45,472 bases of DNA from a virus (IMGVR_UViG_3300027985_000858:1-45472), one strand, 5' to 3'; shown: positions 11,401 through 20,137, numbered from the stretch's first letter. Numbers and translations are program-made. The notes: generated by a model from the letters alone, not told the origin.

Positions 11401-12930
11401 AGGAACGTTTCAACAGAGTTACTGCATATGCAGAATGCAACTAAAATAAAGCTAGATGGTGTTCCGTTGACATCAGAATTTAACTGGTTTCCAATGAAAA
11501 ATGCAGAGGAAACTTTTGTTGACACAGACTTTAAAACTTTAGACAAAGATACTAAAGGTAAAAACTATTTATCTGTTAGGCATGGTTCACTAATAGGAAG
11601 AAATGATGAATTAGTAGCAGGGCCTTTGATGTTAGATGATGCATTAAATACAATGTTTAATGTCGTTCATAATGGAACCGCATTTGCTATAATGGAACCT
11701 ACATTCTGGACTATCTCAAAATTATTAGAAGATAAAGAGATTCAAAATTCAATAGAAAATAGACACTCAGCAGAGCATTACAATGTACTTAAGAGAGCTA
11801 TTGAATATCAAGCTGGAATAACTATAAAAAACAATTCTATGGAACAGGCAATTTCTGTGTTTAGAACAAATATGACAGCGGCAATAACAAAAGGTAATAT
11901 CTTTATGGCCTTAAAGGCTCCTATCTCTATTATCTACGGTTTACAACATTTATCGCCTACGAATATGTTAGATGCGGTAAATAGGATTATGTTCAATCCA
12001 AAAGAATCTAAAGAATATGTTGCAAGAGTTTCACCGCTAATTAAGGATAGAATTTTAAATGGCGGTGGAGAAAGCTTGCAAGAAGTAATGAGAAAAATGT
12101 CAGGCCAAAGAACATTAAAAAATAATAAAGCAATAAGTATTATTGGAGATTATGGATTGATAAGATCCCTGGATATAAACACTTGCATAGCTATATTTCT
12201 TGCTGGAGAAAAAGAAGGTATGGACATTATAGAGTCAGGTAAATTAACAGATAAATTTAGGCAATTTACTGGTGTTGATTCTATAACATCAAGAATGACC
12301 GCAAGTGAAAAATCTGGTTTAGCCAGGGTTTATGCAGAGGAAATAGTAAGGAGAACACAACCAGCACAATCAAACCTTAACCAGCATAATTATTACAGAA
12401 GCGGAGAATTAATGAAAACAATGTCAACATTTGGATCATTTGTGAATATATCTCACAATATGGTTGATGTATGTTTCCATCAAATAAAAAAATACGGACC
12501 ATCTGCGGTTCCTGGAGCATTATTTACATTAAGTTTAATAGCTATGTCATCTGCAGCAGCTTTTGGTGTAGATGTATTAAAAGATAAAATATTAGAAAGG
12601 GAAACAAAAAAAAGGTTTGGTGATGTTATGGCCAGTGCTTTTTTAAGCAATACTTTTATTCTTAGGGATGTGTACGGTATGTGGTATGGTAAAAAAGCTT
12701 ATGGAGCCTTTGCTGGAGGTAAAGCATCTCCTGTTCCAATGGTTGCAGTAGGCCAAGATTTTGTAACATCTGCGGTTTATTTAACAACCTGTTTTAATGA
12801 AGATGGTTCTATTGATAAAAGAAAAGCTTCTATGGGTATAAACTACTTTTTAGATGGTTCATTAAAAGCTTCTGGATTACCAATTTCAGCAAAGCAGGGT
12901 TACGAAGCAATTATAAATAGGTTAGAATAA
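8461..12930 (+). CDS. Internal virion (ejection) protein, 1489 aa
   Basis: GAVAGGIVASGPGALVGA hydrophobic stretch, EG.TE..Q motif, RRTQP motif, hydrophobic C-terminal helices; precedes the tail fibre. Confidence 0.65.
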   Translation: MEETDALQQNTENRVLENPYATSPLEKKRILNNPYATPIQVIGMEEDKSILEYIRDEQEAQAMRSRIKNAEILSKTLNIPVEYAYQNETEIRKNLYPGVDESSGNFANKLKIVWDFNSKQEQINQLRWQQINGYDNGKISEEIKKIRVSMPEKNEVDRITEFLMSNESMGNKIIELAKSFPYVAVSQGPRMLEGAKLGVPIAIGGAVAGGIVASGPGALVGAKYGFYAGQTMATFRSTTGGIIDSVMTEAEMNGISIDPKKYAAVAYAGGFASALIDTMSLNFGLTKSVAGKTLKEVMEDVAKVNTQTAIKDQVKLTAIATAKKAGGWLEPGLVEGFTETIQGMTENYSSEVIKALHNIDVENLEKFLDKKAVDPIDVAISGKFSKKPMKDILADSLLEGAMAIPMAVVSAGLLDVGSNIVRKNAVNSSRINEAKINEEVKNINKEQSTENVTDKKVKKETEPVVVQGENLTVKSKIFKKMDTALKNGDFKNLNNYIDHVEKTLDLYEKPKGGLSVFYKTFSLITEGQDKTYVMSEHNIGDEKIIIGKHRNGDKAFEVRQYVNGENEITFEDNITGYEAYKITNKINDSTMEGNLPSNWKEYFSHEELQTVYKAFGSDPILFDRKVKTPVSKKDKKKGQAMTISTVKEFSEMAVANQSNIVKMQLIKTFYYNLKSRIATSQDLLASSGNLAEAINAIIKDDDIPINLRNFLSEKLVEFGTRPDLSDSNLARLKSLKENKATSGAFDPSSTEDLLLLGTDENTYNLENIDPRILNDILVKFSEKKDLANFVTNINGKRVSQLKSKILAELNVNAKKSVGDDVSQISAVKRFFNATKGVFIVNQRQYHNLVEMIGGEHSLFSKVFYHSLRDKEIAIKSQTQKFHDDIKNEFLKSVDQKEIDSMNSVKIKIPGFNFPAISFWQGVSILMHMDSKKNRNQIKEHGMRYKDFMGRTIDFKGEDFFEAVKKEVSQYPVAQAYVRAFRNVSTELLHMQNATKIKLDGVPLTSEFNWFPMKNAEETFVDTDFKTLDKDTKGKNYLSVRHGSLIGRNDELVAGPLMLDDALNTMFNVVHNGTAFAIMEPTFWTISKLLEDKEIQNSIENRHSAEHYNVLKRAIEYQAGITIKNNSMEQAISVFRTNMTAAITKGNIFMALKAPISIIYGLQHLSPTNMLDAVNRIMFNPKESKEYVARVSPLIKDRILNGGGESLQEVMRKMSGQRTLKNNKAISIIGDYGLIRSLDINTCIAIFLAGEKEGMDIIESGKLTDKFRQFTGVDSITSRMTASEKSGLARVYAEEIVRRTQPAQSNLNQHNYYRSGELMKTMSTFGSFVNISHNMVDVCFHQIKKYGPSAVPGALFTLSLIAMSSAAAFGVDVLKDKILERETKKRFGDVMASAFLSNTFILRDVYGMWYGKKAYGAFAGGKASPVPMVAVGQDFVTSAVYLTTCFNEDGSIDKRKASMGINYFLDGSLKASGLPISAKQGYEAIINRLE
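9603..9616. repeat. Dispersed palindrome, core copy
   Basis: TGGAAAATTTTCCA within CDS (read as GKFS). Confidence 0.7.
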
Positions 12931-12951
12931 AGTTGGAAAATTTTCCAACTT
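12930..12951. promoter_or_regulatory. Dispersed palindrome, perfect 22 bp, intergenic before the tail fibre
   Basis: AAGTTGGAAAATTTTCCAACTT. Confidence 0.85.
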
Positions 12952-12964
12952 CTAGGGGGTAATT

Positions 12965-15886
12965 ATGGTAAAGACCAAGTATAGTGCTGCATTGATTCCT
13001 TTTGTAAACAATGTTGTCGATCTTGTTATAGACATACAAAGGGAAAGCGATTTATTAATATGGATTTATGGTCCAAATGTAAATAAAACACAAATTCCCA
13101 CAGAAAAATATACATTAGTAAAAACACCAATAAAGACAACTGTAACTATAGATAGGCCATATTTTGATAGCATGTTGACTGCTGGATTTACTCATGTTTT
13201 GTACCTTAGAGATACAGAGATTGACCAGGTAATGAATGCGAGTGCTTCTTTCCCATTAGATCGTGAGGCAGTAGAAAAAGCTTTAGATAGAATTACACTA
13301 ATACTACAAGAGCATAAATATAATATTCAAAACATGATGCCTAGACTATCAGGAGGGTTTAACCTTGAAGGTACAGAATGGCGGTTAGAATTTAACGATC
13401 TTAATGGTGCAACTGTACAAAGTCCAAATCTTATAGGTCCTACGCCAGAAGTATTGATAGAAGCAGTTGAAAATGGAGTTACATTGCAATTTCAACAGCA
13501 AAGTAATGACCCTTCACATAAAATCTACACACAACCTATTTATCTTAACATAGTTAGATATGACAATTTAAATGATACAATAACTTTTTTAGGAGCAGAT
13601 GGGCAGAATAATACTATTGTAAATATGCCAAATTTTAAAAATATAAGTGGCGGTATAGATTTTTTTAGAGGACCAAGTAAGATTGCTTCTATGTTGTTTC
13701 CAAGATCAGAAAAGGTTGAAAATGAAACAGGACCAGATAGGGTTGATATCTATGGAGCAAATAATACAGTAGAAGCCTCTTTTATTCCTCCTAAACAAGT
13801 AAGAAGTGGTATCAATATGTACTGTTATGGCGGTAACACAATGACTAGTTTTGTAATAACAAGAGCACAATTACAACAATTAGGAAACGGAAGAACCAGA
13901 TTGTATTTAGTTTCAGATGATGGGTCAAATGGTGATTTATTAGAAAGTTATTTTCTGTTACCAAACTTAAAAACTGATCCTATAGATACACGTAAAATAA
14001 CAATACAAGAAGCTGATTCAGAGGTAGAAGTTGATTTATGGGTTCCGTCTATTTATTTGGATGTACCTTCTAAAATAATACACGTTATAGATCACAATAA
14101 TGTAGAGAAAACTTTTAAAATGCCAGACATTCTTTCTGATGAAGAAAAATGCATAATAACATCTGAAAGCTCTGATAAGACATTATATTACCCAAAACCT
14201 ATAATAAATGGAACAGAAGTTTCTTTTATAATGCCAGATGGAAGAGAGAGTGATCGGATTGATTTAAAATTAAATGTTCAAGAAGAAGTTATGAATGGTA
14301 TAACCAATTCTGTAGCACCTCTTGAAAAAAACACAACACATGAAAATATAACAGATGATTATGAATTATTTATAGATGGAACATCATCTGTTCAAACATC
14401 TAAGGGAAGATTACCAATTGAAGGAATGAATGGAGGAACTTACATTCCTGCAAAAATAATTATAGATGGCCAAGAATATAATAACCCATCTAATATAGGA
14501 GGAGACACTAGAGGTTCTTATGGCTTCTTTAGTCCATGGTATAATAGATATCTTCGAGATTCTGGATGGAATCAGAGTAATGGATGTACTCATAAATTTA
14601 TTGGAGACTGGGAAGAGATTGCAGCAACAGAAGTTGGTGGGCTGAGTTTTCCAAGTGTTGGAACAGAAGGAGGAATGACAAAGTTTGGTATATTAATAAA
14701 GAAAATAAACACATCGTTAATATATTTTGGAGAAGCAACCGCACAAGATTGTAGCTATGATTTTTCAACTAATATATGGACACAGGGAATTTCTAATTTA
14801 AATTTGTATAGAGCGGTTCAACTGAGTGAATCTTTAACTTATCTGGAACTAGGTTATATAAACAGTTCTAACTTTGTTATAAAGTTTGCAGAAACAGGAC
14901 AAAAATTACAATTTAAAATGCAGTATATAGCAAATACTAAATTTATACCTCCTTATGGTGTTGACGGAAATCCAATAGCACCTAAAAGAACATACAATTA
15001 TTCTTCACTGTTAGGAAAAACCATTAGATTTAAATTCAGACCGTTTTATGATATTAGTGTAGAGTCTAACAAATTTTATATAGGATCATATTTATGGGCT
15101 GATGCTTCATTCCCTTTCTATTTTTCAAGTGATGTAAAAAACTTTGTCTACAGTGATGGGCCAAATACTATGTATATATGGCATAATGGTATTTCATGGC
15201 TAATTACATCAGCTCCAGGTTCAGCTATAACACAAACCTTGCTACAACAGGAGCATGAAATAATTATATGTATAGCATTTTCAGATAATAAATCCAAGAT
15301 ACAATTTAATGATTCATTAGTTTATGAAGTTGCAAGAGATTGGAGCGGATTTATACCTATTGAAGTATTAAATATAGGAGGGATATCAACTTATCATACA
15401 CCTGGCTCTTACTATAGCGATTCTATTATAAGTGATTTTTGTATATTCCCTGATAGTGTGCCATTTGAGACTATAAAAGGTAAAATTTTTAAAGACCCAA
15501 ATAAACAATATGGTTTAAATGGAGATTGGCATCTTAACAAATGGGGTGATTGTCCAGCTTCTATAACTAAGGAAAAAGGAGCTTTAATTAAAAAGGGTTG
15601 GAATACTGCTGGTTATTATAGAATATATGAGGATGGATTTAAAGAATGTTGGTTTTCTCGTAGTTTAGTTGGAATCTATGGGGAAACATTTAATTACCCA
15701 ATCGCCTTTAATGATAAACCAGCGTTGAGTGCACATGGGTTAAGTCCAACAAATTGGAATAGGGTAGCAAACGTGGTGCTTAACACGGCTACACAATTTA
15801 GAGTAGAAATATTGGCGTATACAACAGCTACTAGTCAACTAGCTCCATCAGATTTTGAATTACTTATGTATGCCTGTGGTTATTAA
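12965..15886 (+). CDS. Tail fibre / receptor-binding protein
   Basis: T7 gp17-like N-terminal anchor (RDTEIDQ...FP...EKALDRITLILQE), LamG-like region, C-terminal GYYRIYEDGFKECW...YPIAF...P...ACGY domain typical of fibre tips. Confidence 0.85.
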   Translation: MVKTKYSAALIPFVNNVVDLVIDIQRESDLLIWIYGPNVNKTQIPTEKYTLVKTPIKTTVTIDRPYFDSMLTAGFTHVLYLRDTEIDQVMNASASFPLDREAVEKALDRITLILQEHKYNIQNMMPRLSGGFNLEGTEWRLEFNDLNGATVQSPNLIGPTPEVLIEAVENGVTLQFQQQSNDPSHKIYTQPIYLNIVRYDNLNDTITFLGADGQNNTIVNMPNFKNISGGIDFFRGPSKIASMLFPRSEKVENETGPDRVDIYGANNTVEASFIPPKQVRSGINMYCYGGNTMTSFVITRAQLQQLGNGRTRLYLVSDDGSNGDLLESYFLLPNLKTDPIDTRKITIQEADSEVEVDLWVPSIYLDVPSKIIHVIDHNNVEKTFKMPDILSDEEKCIITSESSDKTLYYPKPIINGTEVSFIMPDGRESDRIDLKLNVQEEVMNGITNSVAPLEKNTTHENITDDYELFIDGTSSVQTSKGRLPIEGMNGGTYIPAKIIIDGQEYNNPSNIGGDTRGSYGFFSPWYNRYLRDSGWNQSNGCTHKFIGDWEEIAATEVGGLSFPSVGTEGGMTKFGILIKKINTSLIYFGEATAQDCSYDFSTNIWTQGISNLNLYRAVQLSESLTYLELGYINSSNFVIKFAETGQKLQFKMQYIANTKFIPPYGVDGNPIAPKRTYNYSSLLGKTIRFKFRPFYDISVESNKFYIGSYLWADASFPFYFSSDVKNFVYSDGPNTMYIWHNGISWLITSAPGSAITQTLLQQEHEIIICIAFSDNKSKIQFNDSLVYEVARDWSGFIPIEVLNIGGISTYHTPGSYYSDSIISDFCIFPDSVPFETIKGKIFKDPNKQYGLNGDWHLNKWGDCPASITKEKGALIKKGWNTAGYYRIYEDGFKECWFSRSLVGIYGETFNYPIAFNDKPALSAHGLSPTNWNRVANVVLNTATQFRVEILAYTTATSQLAPSDFELLMYACGY

Positions 15887-15895
15887 GGAGAAAAC

Positions 15896-16201
15896 ATGAA
15901 AATATTTTTTAATGAAAGATTTGCTTTTAACAGAGCAGAAACAGAAATAGAAATCATTTCTGAGTATTCACTAATGATAGATGGAATTTTATACAAATTC
16001 GGATCAGATAGTGGTGAATATACCAATATAGAGAATGAGACTAATGGTGTTATTACACATGCTGAGACTAAAGACTCTTTATTGTATATAACAGTTAATT
16101 ATTACTACAGAGATAATATTTGGGAGAATCCAAATTGGAATAATACAGGTAATTTCAAAGGCAATATTTGGCATGATTTTAAAGAAGGGGATAAAATATA
16201 A
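15896..16201 (+). CDS. Probable tail fibre assembly/accessory protein
   Basis: RBS AAGGAG; directly after the fibre. Confidence 0.55.
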   Translation: MKIFFNERFAFNRAETEIEIISEYSLMIDGILYKFGSDSGEYTNIENETNGVITHAETKDSLLYITVNYYYRDNIWENPNWNNTGNFKGNIWHDFKEGDKI

Positions 16202-16203
16202 AG

Positions 16204-16566
16204 ATGTTTACTTTTAAACCAAAAGCTGAAATAGATAAAGAAAAGCTTCAAGCAGAAAAGCAGGCTAAAATACAAGCTATTAAAGAAGAAAAAAGGATTG
16301 AATTAGATAGAGGATATGAGTTTGCTCCAGGGTATTTTATGAATCATTCAACACAAACAACTTCAAGATGGAATTATACTATAACAATGATTAATAAATT
16401 GGAATTTCCATTTAAATGGTTTTGCGACAATAAGGATAATTCTGGACAAAATAAAGAGTATTTTATTGAATCAAAAGAAGAAATGGAATCTATAGCAATA
16501 GGCTATGGCTTTCATTTAGCTAAAACATTAAATGATGAAAACGATAAAATAAAAATGTTAAGTTAA
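16204..16566 (+). CDS. Probable tail fibre chaperone (DUF4376-like)
   Basis: L...KQAKI.AIKEE....L..G pattern plus W.C.N motif; synteny. Confidence 0.55.
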   Translation: MFTFKPKAEIDKEKLQAEKQAKIQAIKEEKRIELDRGYEFAPGYFMNHSTQTTSRWNYTITMINKLEFPFKWFCDNKDNSGQNKEYFIESKEEMESIAIGYGFHLAKTLNDENDKIKMLS

Positions 16567-16595
16567 TTGCATATATGAAATATAGGATATAGAAT
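16567..16595 (+). promoter_or_regulatory. Candidate sigma70 promoter for the lysis region (leaderless start at 16602)
   Basis: TTGCAT-N17-TAGAAT, then 6 nt to the ATG. Confidence 0.5.
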
Positions 16596-16601
16596 AAATT
16601 T

Positions 16602-17222
16602 ATGAACTTCATAAACATATTAACCGCCCTAAAAGGGGCTACACCGTTTGAAATAGCGGTTTCTGTAATTCTATTTTTATTTAGTGTTTTTATTTTTAGA
16701 TTTAAATTCATCGGCAAAAAGGCGGTTGATAGAAGTCTGAAAATATTAAGAATCAAAACAATTGAAACTCTTTATGAGCAGATGTCCGTTCTTGAATCAT
16801 TTCACGATCAGATGGTTGCTAAACTAACAAGAGCCTATAACGAGGCTACTTCGCGGTTATGCGATCAAATGCATTATAAAGAGATAATCAAAAACATTGA
16901 AAAAGAGGTTAAAGGGAAAGTTAGAAAATGGTTTAGAGAAAATCATTATGGAGAAAAGACAGATGAAGAATTTAGAATCTATGTAAAAGAAAAGATAGGC
17001 ATGATTACTGATTATGTAACTTATGCACTAGATCATAAATACTGTACAGAGCATTTCGAGTTATCAAGAAATGCTGTTCACGATTTAAACCTGGAACTAA
17101 TTCCATTTATAACAGAAAACTATACAACCGTGTTTTATAAAGCAAGGGAAATTTCCAAAAAAAGACAGGAAGAAATACAGAGGCTAGAAAATGAAAAGAT
17201 GTATAACCCAAAGAAATTGTAA
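16602..17222 (+). CDS. Membrane-anchored protein (one N-terminal TM), first gene of the lysis region
   Basis: IAVSVILFLFSVFIF TM followed by a basic stretch and a soluble helical domain. Confidence 0.7.
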   Translation: MNFINILTALKGATPFEIAVSVILFLFSVFIFRFKFIGKKAVDRSLKILRIKTIETLYEQMSVLESFHDQMVAKLTRAYNEATSRLCDQMHYKEIIKNIEKEVKGKVRKWFRENHYGEKTDEEFRIYVKEKIGMITDYVTYALDHKYCTEHFELSRNAVHDLNLELIPFITENYTTVFYKAREISKKRQEEIQRLENEKMYNPKKL

Positions 17223-17607
17223 GATTATTTGTGTAATCCCTGATGATGGTAAAAGGGAATATGGAAATACTGTTTATACCCAGGATGATTTAGGCAACCG
17301 CTTTTTATATGCACACTTAAAAGAAATTATTGTTGAGCTTAATCAAAAAGTCAGAGCTGGCGGTTTGATAGGAATAATGGGGAACACAGGAAATAGTTCC
17401 GGGCCACATTTGCATTATGGGATGTATCTTCCTGGAGATTCACTTAGCGATCTTAGAGGGCCAAATGCTATTGATCCATCTGATTATTTAAAAGAAAATG
17501 GATACCCTGTTGAAAATGGAGTTATCAGTAATCCATATGGCAGGGTTTTTAGCATAGAAGAATTAGGTATAAAAAACCGCAAACACATGGGGGTTGATTT
17601 TGTTTAA
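17191..17607 (+). CDS. M23-family endopeptidase (endolysin), circularly permuted
   Basis: YGN, YAHL, G.TG.SSGPHLHY and DP..YL motifs, with HMGVDF (HxxxD) at the extreme C-terminus. Confidence 0.88.
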   Translation: MKRCITQRNCKIICVIPDDGKREYGNTVYTQDDLGNRFLYAHLKEIIVELNQKVRAGGLIGIMGNTGNSSGPHLHYGMYLPGDSLSDLRGPNAIDPSDYLKENGYPVENGVISNPYGRVFSIEELGIKNRKHMGVDFV

Positions 17608-17851
17608 AAAGATACTAAAAAAGTTATGGCAAGTTCTTGACCATAAAGGGAAGATAGCATCAATACAGGGAAGCTTATTGGCATTCCCTGTAAATGCACA
17701 TTTGGTTTATTCGTATTTCTCTAAAATAGAACTTACAGAGGCCCAATTGCTAACAGCGGTAATTCTTAACGGAATAGCTGTTGCGTGGTTTATTTTACCG
17801 TCTACGATAGAAATAACTGGTAAATTATTTAGCTTGAAGATCATAGATTAA
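17594..17851 (+). CDS. Putative holin (two TM segments)
   Basis: Two hydrophobic helices, 85 aa, overlaps the endolysin stop. Confidence 0.6.
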   Translation: MILFKKILKKLWQVLDHKGKIASIQGSLLAFPVNAHLVYSYFSKIELTEAQLLTAVILNGIAVAWFILPSTIEITGKLFSLKIID

Positions 17852-18093
17852 TGTTTATAGTAAAAGTTAATAAATTTTATATTAAAGTTGTCGATGATAA
17901 GTTTGTTTGCGGGCAGTTTAATGTTCCTGGAAGCGAGTCTGAAAAAACTGATTTAATAAATGCCATGAGAGATTTGCATTCAAGAATGTTGCTAGGATAT
18001 TATAATACTGATCCTGTAAAAAACTTAAAGGCTGCTATTGATAAATCAGATGAAAATATCAGAATAGCAGCCGACAAGTTACTCCGCCAGTAA
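17851..18093 (+). CDS. Hypothetical protein
   Basis: TAATG-coupled ORF; last gene of the + arm. Confidence 0.6.
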   Translation: MFIVKVNKFYIKVVDDKFVCGQFNVPGSESEKTDLINAMRDLHSRMLLGYYNTDPVKNLKAAIDKSDENIRIAADKLLRQ

Positions 18094-18429
18094 ATCGCGG
18101 TAATAATTGATTATGTCAATCCTTCTATCTCTTTCATCATAAAGATCTTCCAAATGATTAGTAAGCTTGGAAAAATCAACCGCAGAAAGAACCACCTTTC
18201 CATCTAATCCATAATCAGCACCGTCCTCAACAGTAATGTGATCTAAGTTATGAATCAATGGAAGTCTTGGATGAAAAACTTTATCAGCCTTTTCCGTTTC
18301 GTTTGTTTTGCAGCTTATTAAATTGATTAATAGCATCAACAGAATTGTTAAAAACAGTTTTTTCTTCTTGTTCTTTTTCAGTAAAAATCTCTTCTTGTTC
18401 TCTGATAAAATTTTCTTTTGCATTGTCAA
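18079..18429 (-). CDS. Lipoprotein, putative o-spanin (start uncertain)
   Basis: KKKKLFLTILLMLLINLIS-C signal/lipobox; Pro-containing mature region; overlaps the 3' end of a TM coiled-coil gene. Confidence 0.65.
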   Translation of the reverse strand: MTMQKKILSENKKRFLLKKNKKKKLFLTILLMLLINLISCKTNETEKADKVFHPRLPLIHNLDHITVEDGADYGLDGKVVLSAVDFSKLTNHLEDLYDERDRRIDIINYYRDLLAE

Positions 18430-18565
18430 TTTTGTTCATCTCCATAATAGCCCTAGTAAGACTGTCATTTTTAATGTTACTAGATATAATAACTTTCCTT
18501 TGAATAAGAATAACCGCGGTTAAAAGAGCGATTATAACTATAAACCCTAATAATACATATCCCAT
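18284..18565 (-). CDS. Putative i-spanin
   Basis: N-terminal TM plus charged helical region, overlapped by the lipoprotein gene. Confidence 0.65.
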   Translation of the reverse strand: MGYVLLGFIVIIALLTAVILIQRKVIISSNIKNDSLTRAIMEMNKIDNAKENFIREQEEIFTEKEQEEKTVFNNSVDAINQFNKLQNKRNGKG

Positions 18566-18912
18566 TAAATACCCCCTCTACTGTATTTTATTAATTCTTT
18601 ATAAAATGCATTCCAATCAATAGGAACATCAAATAAACCATTGTATTTGTATGGATCATCTATTGCATATTCCAGCATTAAGTCAACGAATAATTCTGTA
18701 TCAACATCTTCTGATAATGCCAACACAACCGCCATGCATTGAGTATCTATCTCCAGATCAATCATGCCTTGGCCTGTATGCCTTTTTTCAGCTAAATCTA
18801 CAATATTTTTATAGATATCACCTCCTAATAGCTGAACTTTTCTTATTTCTGTTTCTCCAGCGAATATAACCGCGGTTAACAGAACCATCATTACAATTAG
18901 TAATTTCTTCAT
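18565..18912 (-). CDS. Secreted/periplasmic hypothetical protein
   Basis: Signal peptide MKKLLIVMMVLLTAVIFA; strong RBS AGGAGGGAG. Confidence 0.75.
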   Translation of the reverse strand: MKKLLIVMMVLLTAVIFAGETEIRKVQLLGGDIYKNIVDLAEKRHTGQGMIDLEIDTQCMAVVLALSEDVDTELFVDLMLEYAIDDPYKYNGLFDVPIDWNAFYKELIKYSRGGI

Positions 18913-18947
18913 AAACTCCCTCCTGTTTATATTTCATTATACTACAT

Positions 18948-19133
18948 TTAATTTTTATCATTGTTGGAATAACCAGCCATAAGGATAGTTCCAGGCATTT
19001 GGTAATCTATTAACTCTGTAGCAAAAACCCTCAACATTGCATCATCTTCACACGTAGAAATATCAACAGATATTTCCAATTCAGCGTTTTTATCAAGTAA
19101 TTGTAATATTTCAAGTAATTGTTTAACCTTCAT
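18948..19133 (-). CDS. Hypothetical protein
   Basis: MKVKQLLEILQLLD N-terminus common in small phage proteins. Confidence 0.65.
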   Translation of the reverse strand: MKVKQLLEILQLLDKNAELEISVDISTCEDDAMLRVFATELIDYQMPGTILMAGYSNNDKN

Positions 19134-19734
19134 ATTTTAACCGTTTTGTAAAATTTATTTCATTTAGTTTGCCGTAATCATTTAAATTATATAACCAAAA
19201 TTCGTGATTAGTTGTCTTTTTTTGCATATCCCATATTAACCAACAATACATAGAATTTCCACCTAGTTCATTAATACCAGTTTCAGTTAATTTTATTTTT
19301 GGTGACATTTTAATATAACCAACATACTCTTTTTTATTTTCATACTTATCGTGAATTATATTATAATTTCGAGTATTTAAAGGGAGTAAAACAAAGATGT
19401 ATCTGGCTTCTTTAAATGCTTTATTCATAAACTTGTATTTGTTTGAATATGGTGGATTCATTGCTATGATATCAGCATTATGATTAGCCAATAAATAATT
19501 CCTTTTTTTACGACCTATTTTGAAATCAAAAGCAATTAAATTATAAAATATCCTGGATAATAAATTGCTAATTGCACCATGGCCACAACAAGGATCAATA
19601 ACACGCATATGTTCGTAATCCTTGATATTTTTTTTAATCCAATCAATTAAAACAAGACTCATTCTAGGGTCTGTTTGGAAAAGGTCCTGGAGCTGCTTTT
19701 TGCTTAAGACTTTTTTTCTAACTAGACATTTCAT
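19123..19734 (-). CDS. DNA amino-methyltransferase (N6-adenine likely)
   Basis: SAM-binding IDPCCGHG, catalytic NPPY, N-terminal D.FQT.P. Confidence 0.88.
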   Translation of the reverse strand: MKCLVRKKVLSKKQLQDLFQTDPRMSLVLIDWIKKNIKDYEHMRVIDPCCGHGAISNLLSRIFYNLIAFDFKIGRKKRNYLLANHNADIIAMNPPYSNKYKFMNKAFKEARYIFVLLPLNTRNYNIIHDKYENKKEYVGYIKMSPKIKLTETGINELGGNSMYCWLIWDMQKKTTNHEFWLYNLNDYGKLNEINFTKRLKYEG

Positions 19735-20137
19735 TTAAATTCCAGCCTTCTGTTTCACCGATAGTTATAACTTTAGTTTTATTTTTCATTGACCCTATCC
19801 ATGCACCAGAAATATAAACAGAATATCCTTGAGAATATAAGTAATCAACTTTGTCCATGATTTCTGTTATTTCTCTTCTGAAATCGTCAGCAGTATACTC
19901 TTTTGTTAATTTGTAATCCAATTTAAGGAAGTCTGAAAGAAGATATTCTTTAAATGGAGCCCCAACATTTATAGAAGTTGGAAAATTTTCCACAATTGAC
20001 ATAAGACCTGTAGCATCTGTTACAAGAAATCCTTTTATCTCTTGTTCAACTTTATTAATAAACCTATACCCTAAAACATTATAGGCGTGATTGATTGTTT
20101 CCTGGGTTGCAGGTACTATCATTTTGGCAAATTTCAT
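19718..20137 (-). CDS. Hypothetical protein
   Basis: ORF with RBS in the operon. Confidence 0.7.
   Translation of the reverse strand: MKFAKMIVPATQETINHAYNVLGYRFINKVEQEIKGFLVTDATGLMSIVENFPTSINVGAPFKEYLLSDFLKLDYKLTKEYTADDFRREITEIMDKVDYLYSQGYSVYISGAWIGSMKNKTKVITIGETEGWNLNEMSS
19975..19992. repeat. Dispersed palindrome copy
   Basis: AAGTTGGAAAATTTTCCA within CDS (VENFPT). Confidence 0.8.

Noticed and set aside
12965-16566. Diversity-generating retroelement, expected from the BPP-1-like head genes
   Set aside because: No reverse transcriptase ORF, and I saw no template/variable repeat pair near the fibre.
4051-16756. Short - strand ORFs inside the structural genes (e.g. 4051-4248, 5512-5706, 7939-8241, 9501-9764, 16520-16756)
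   Set aside because: Antisense shadows of long + strand genes, with no RBS or recognisable motifs.
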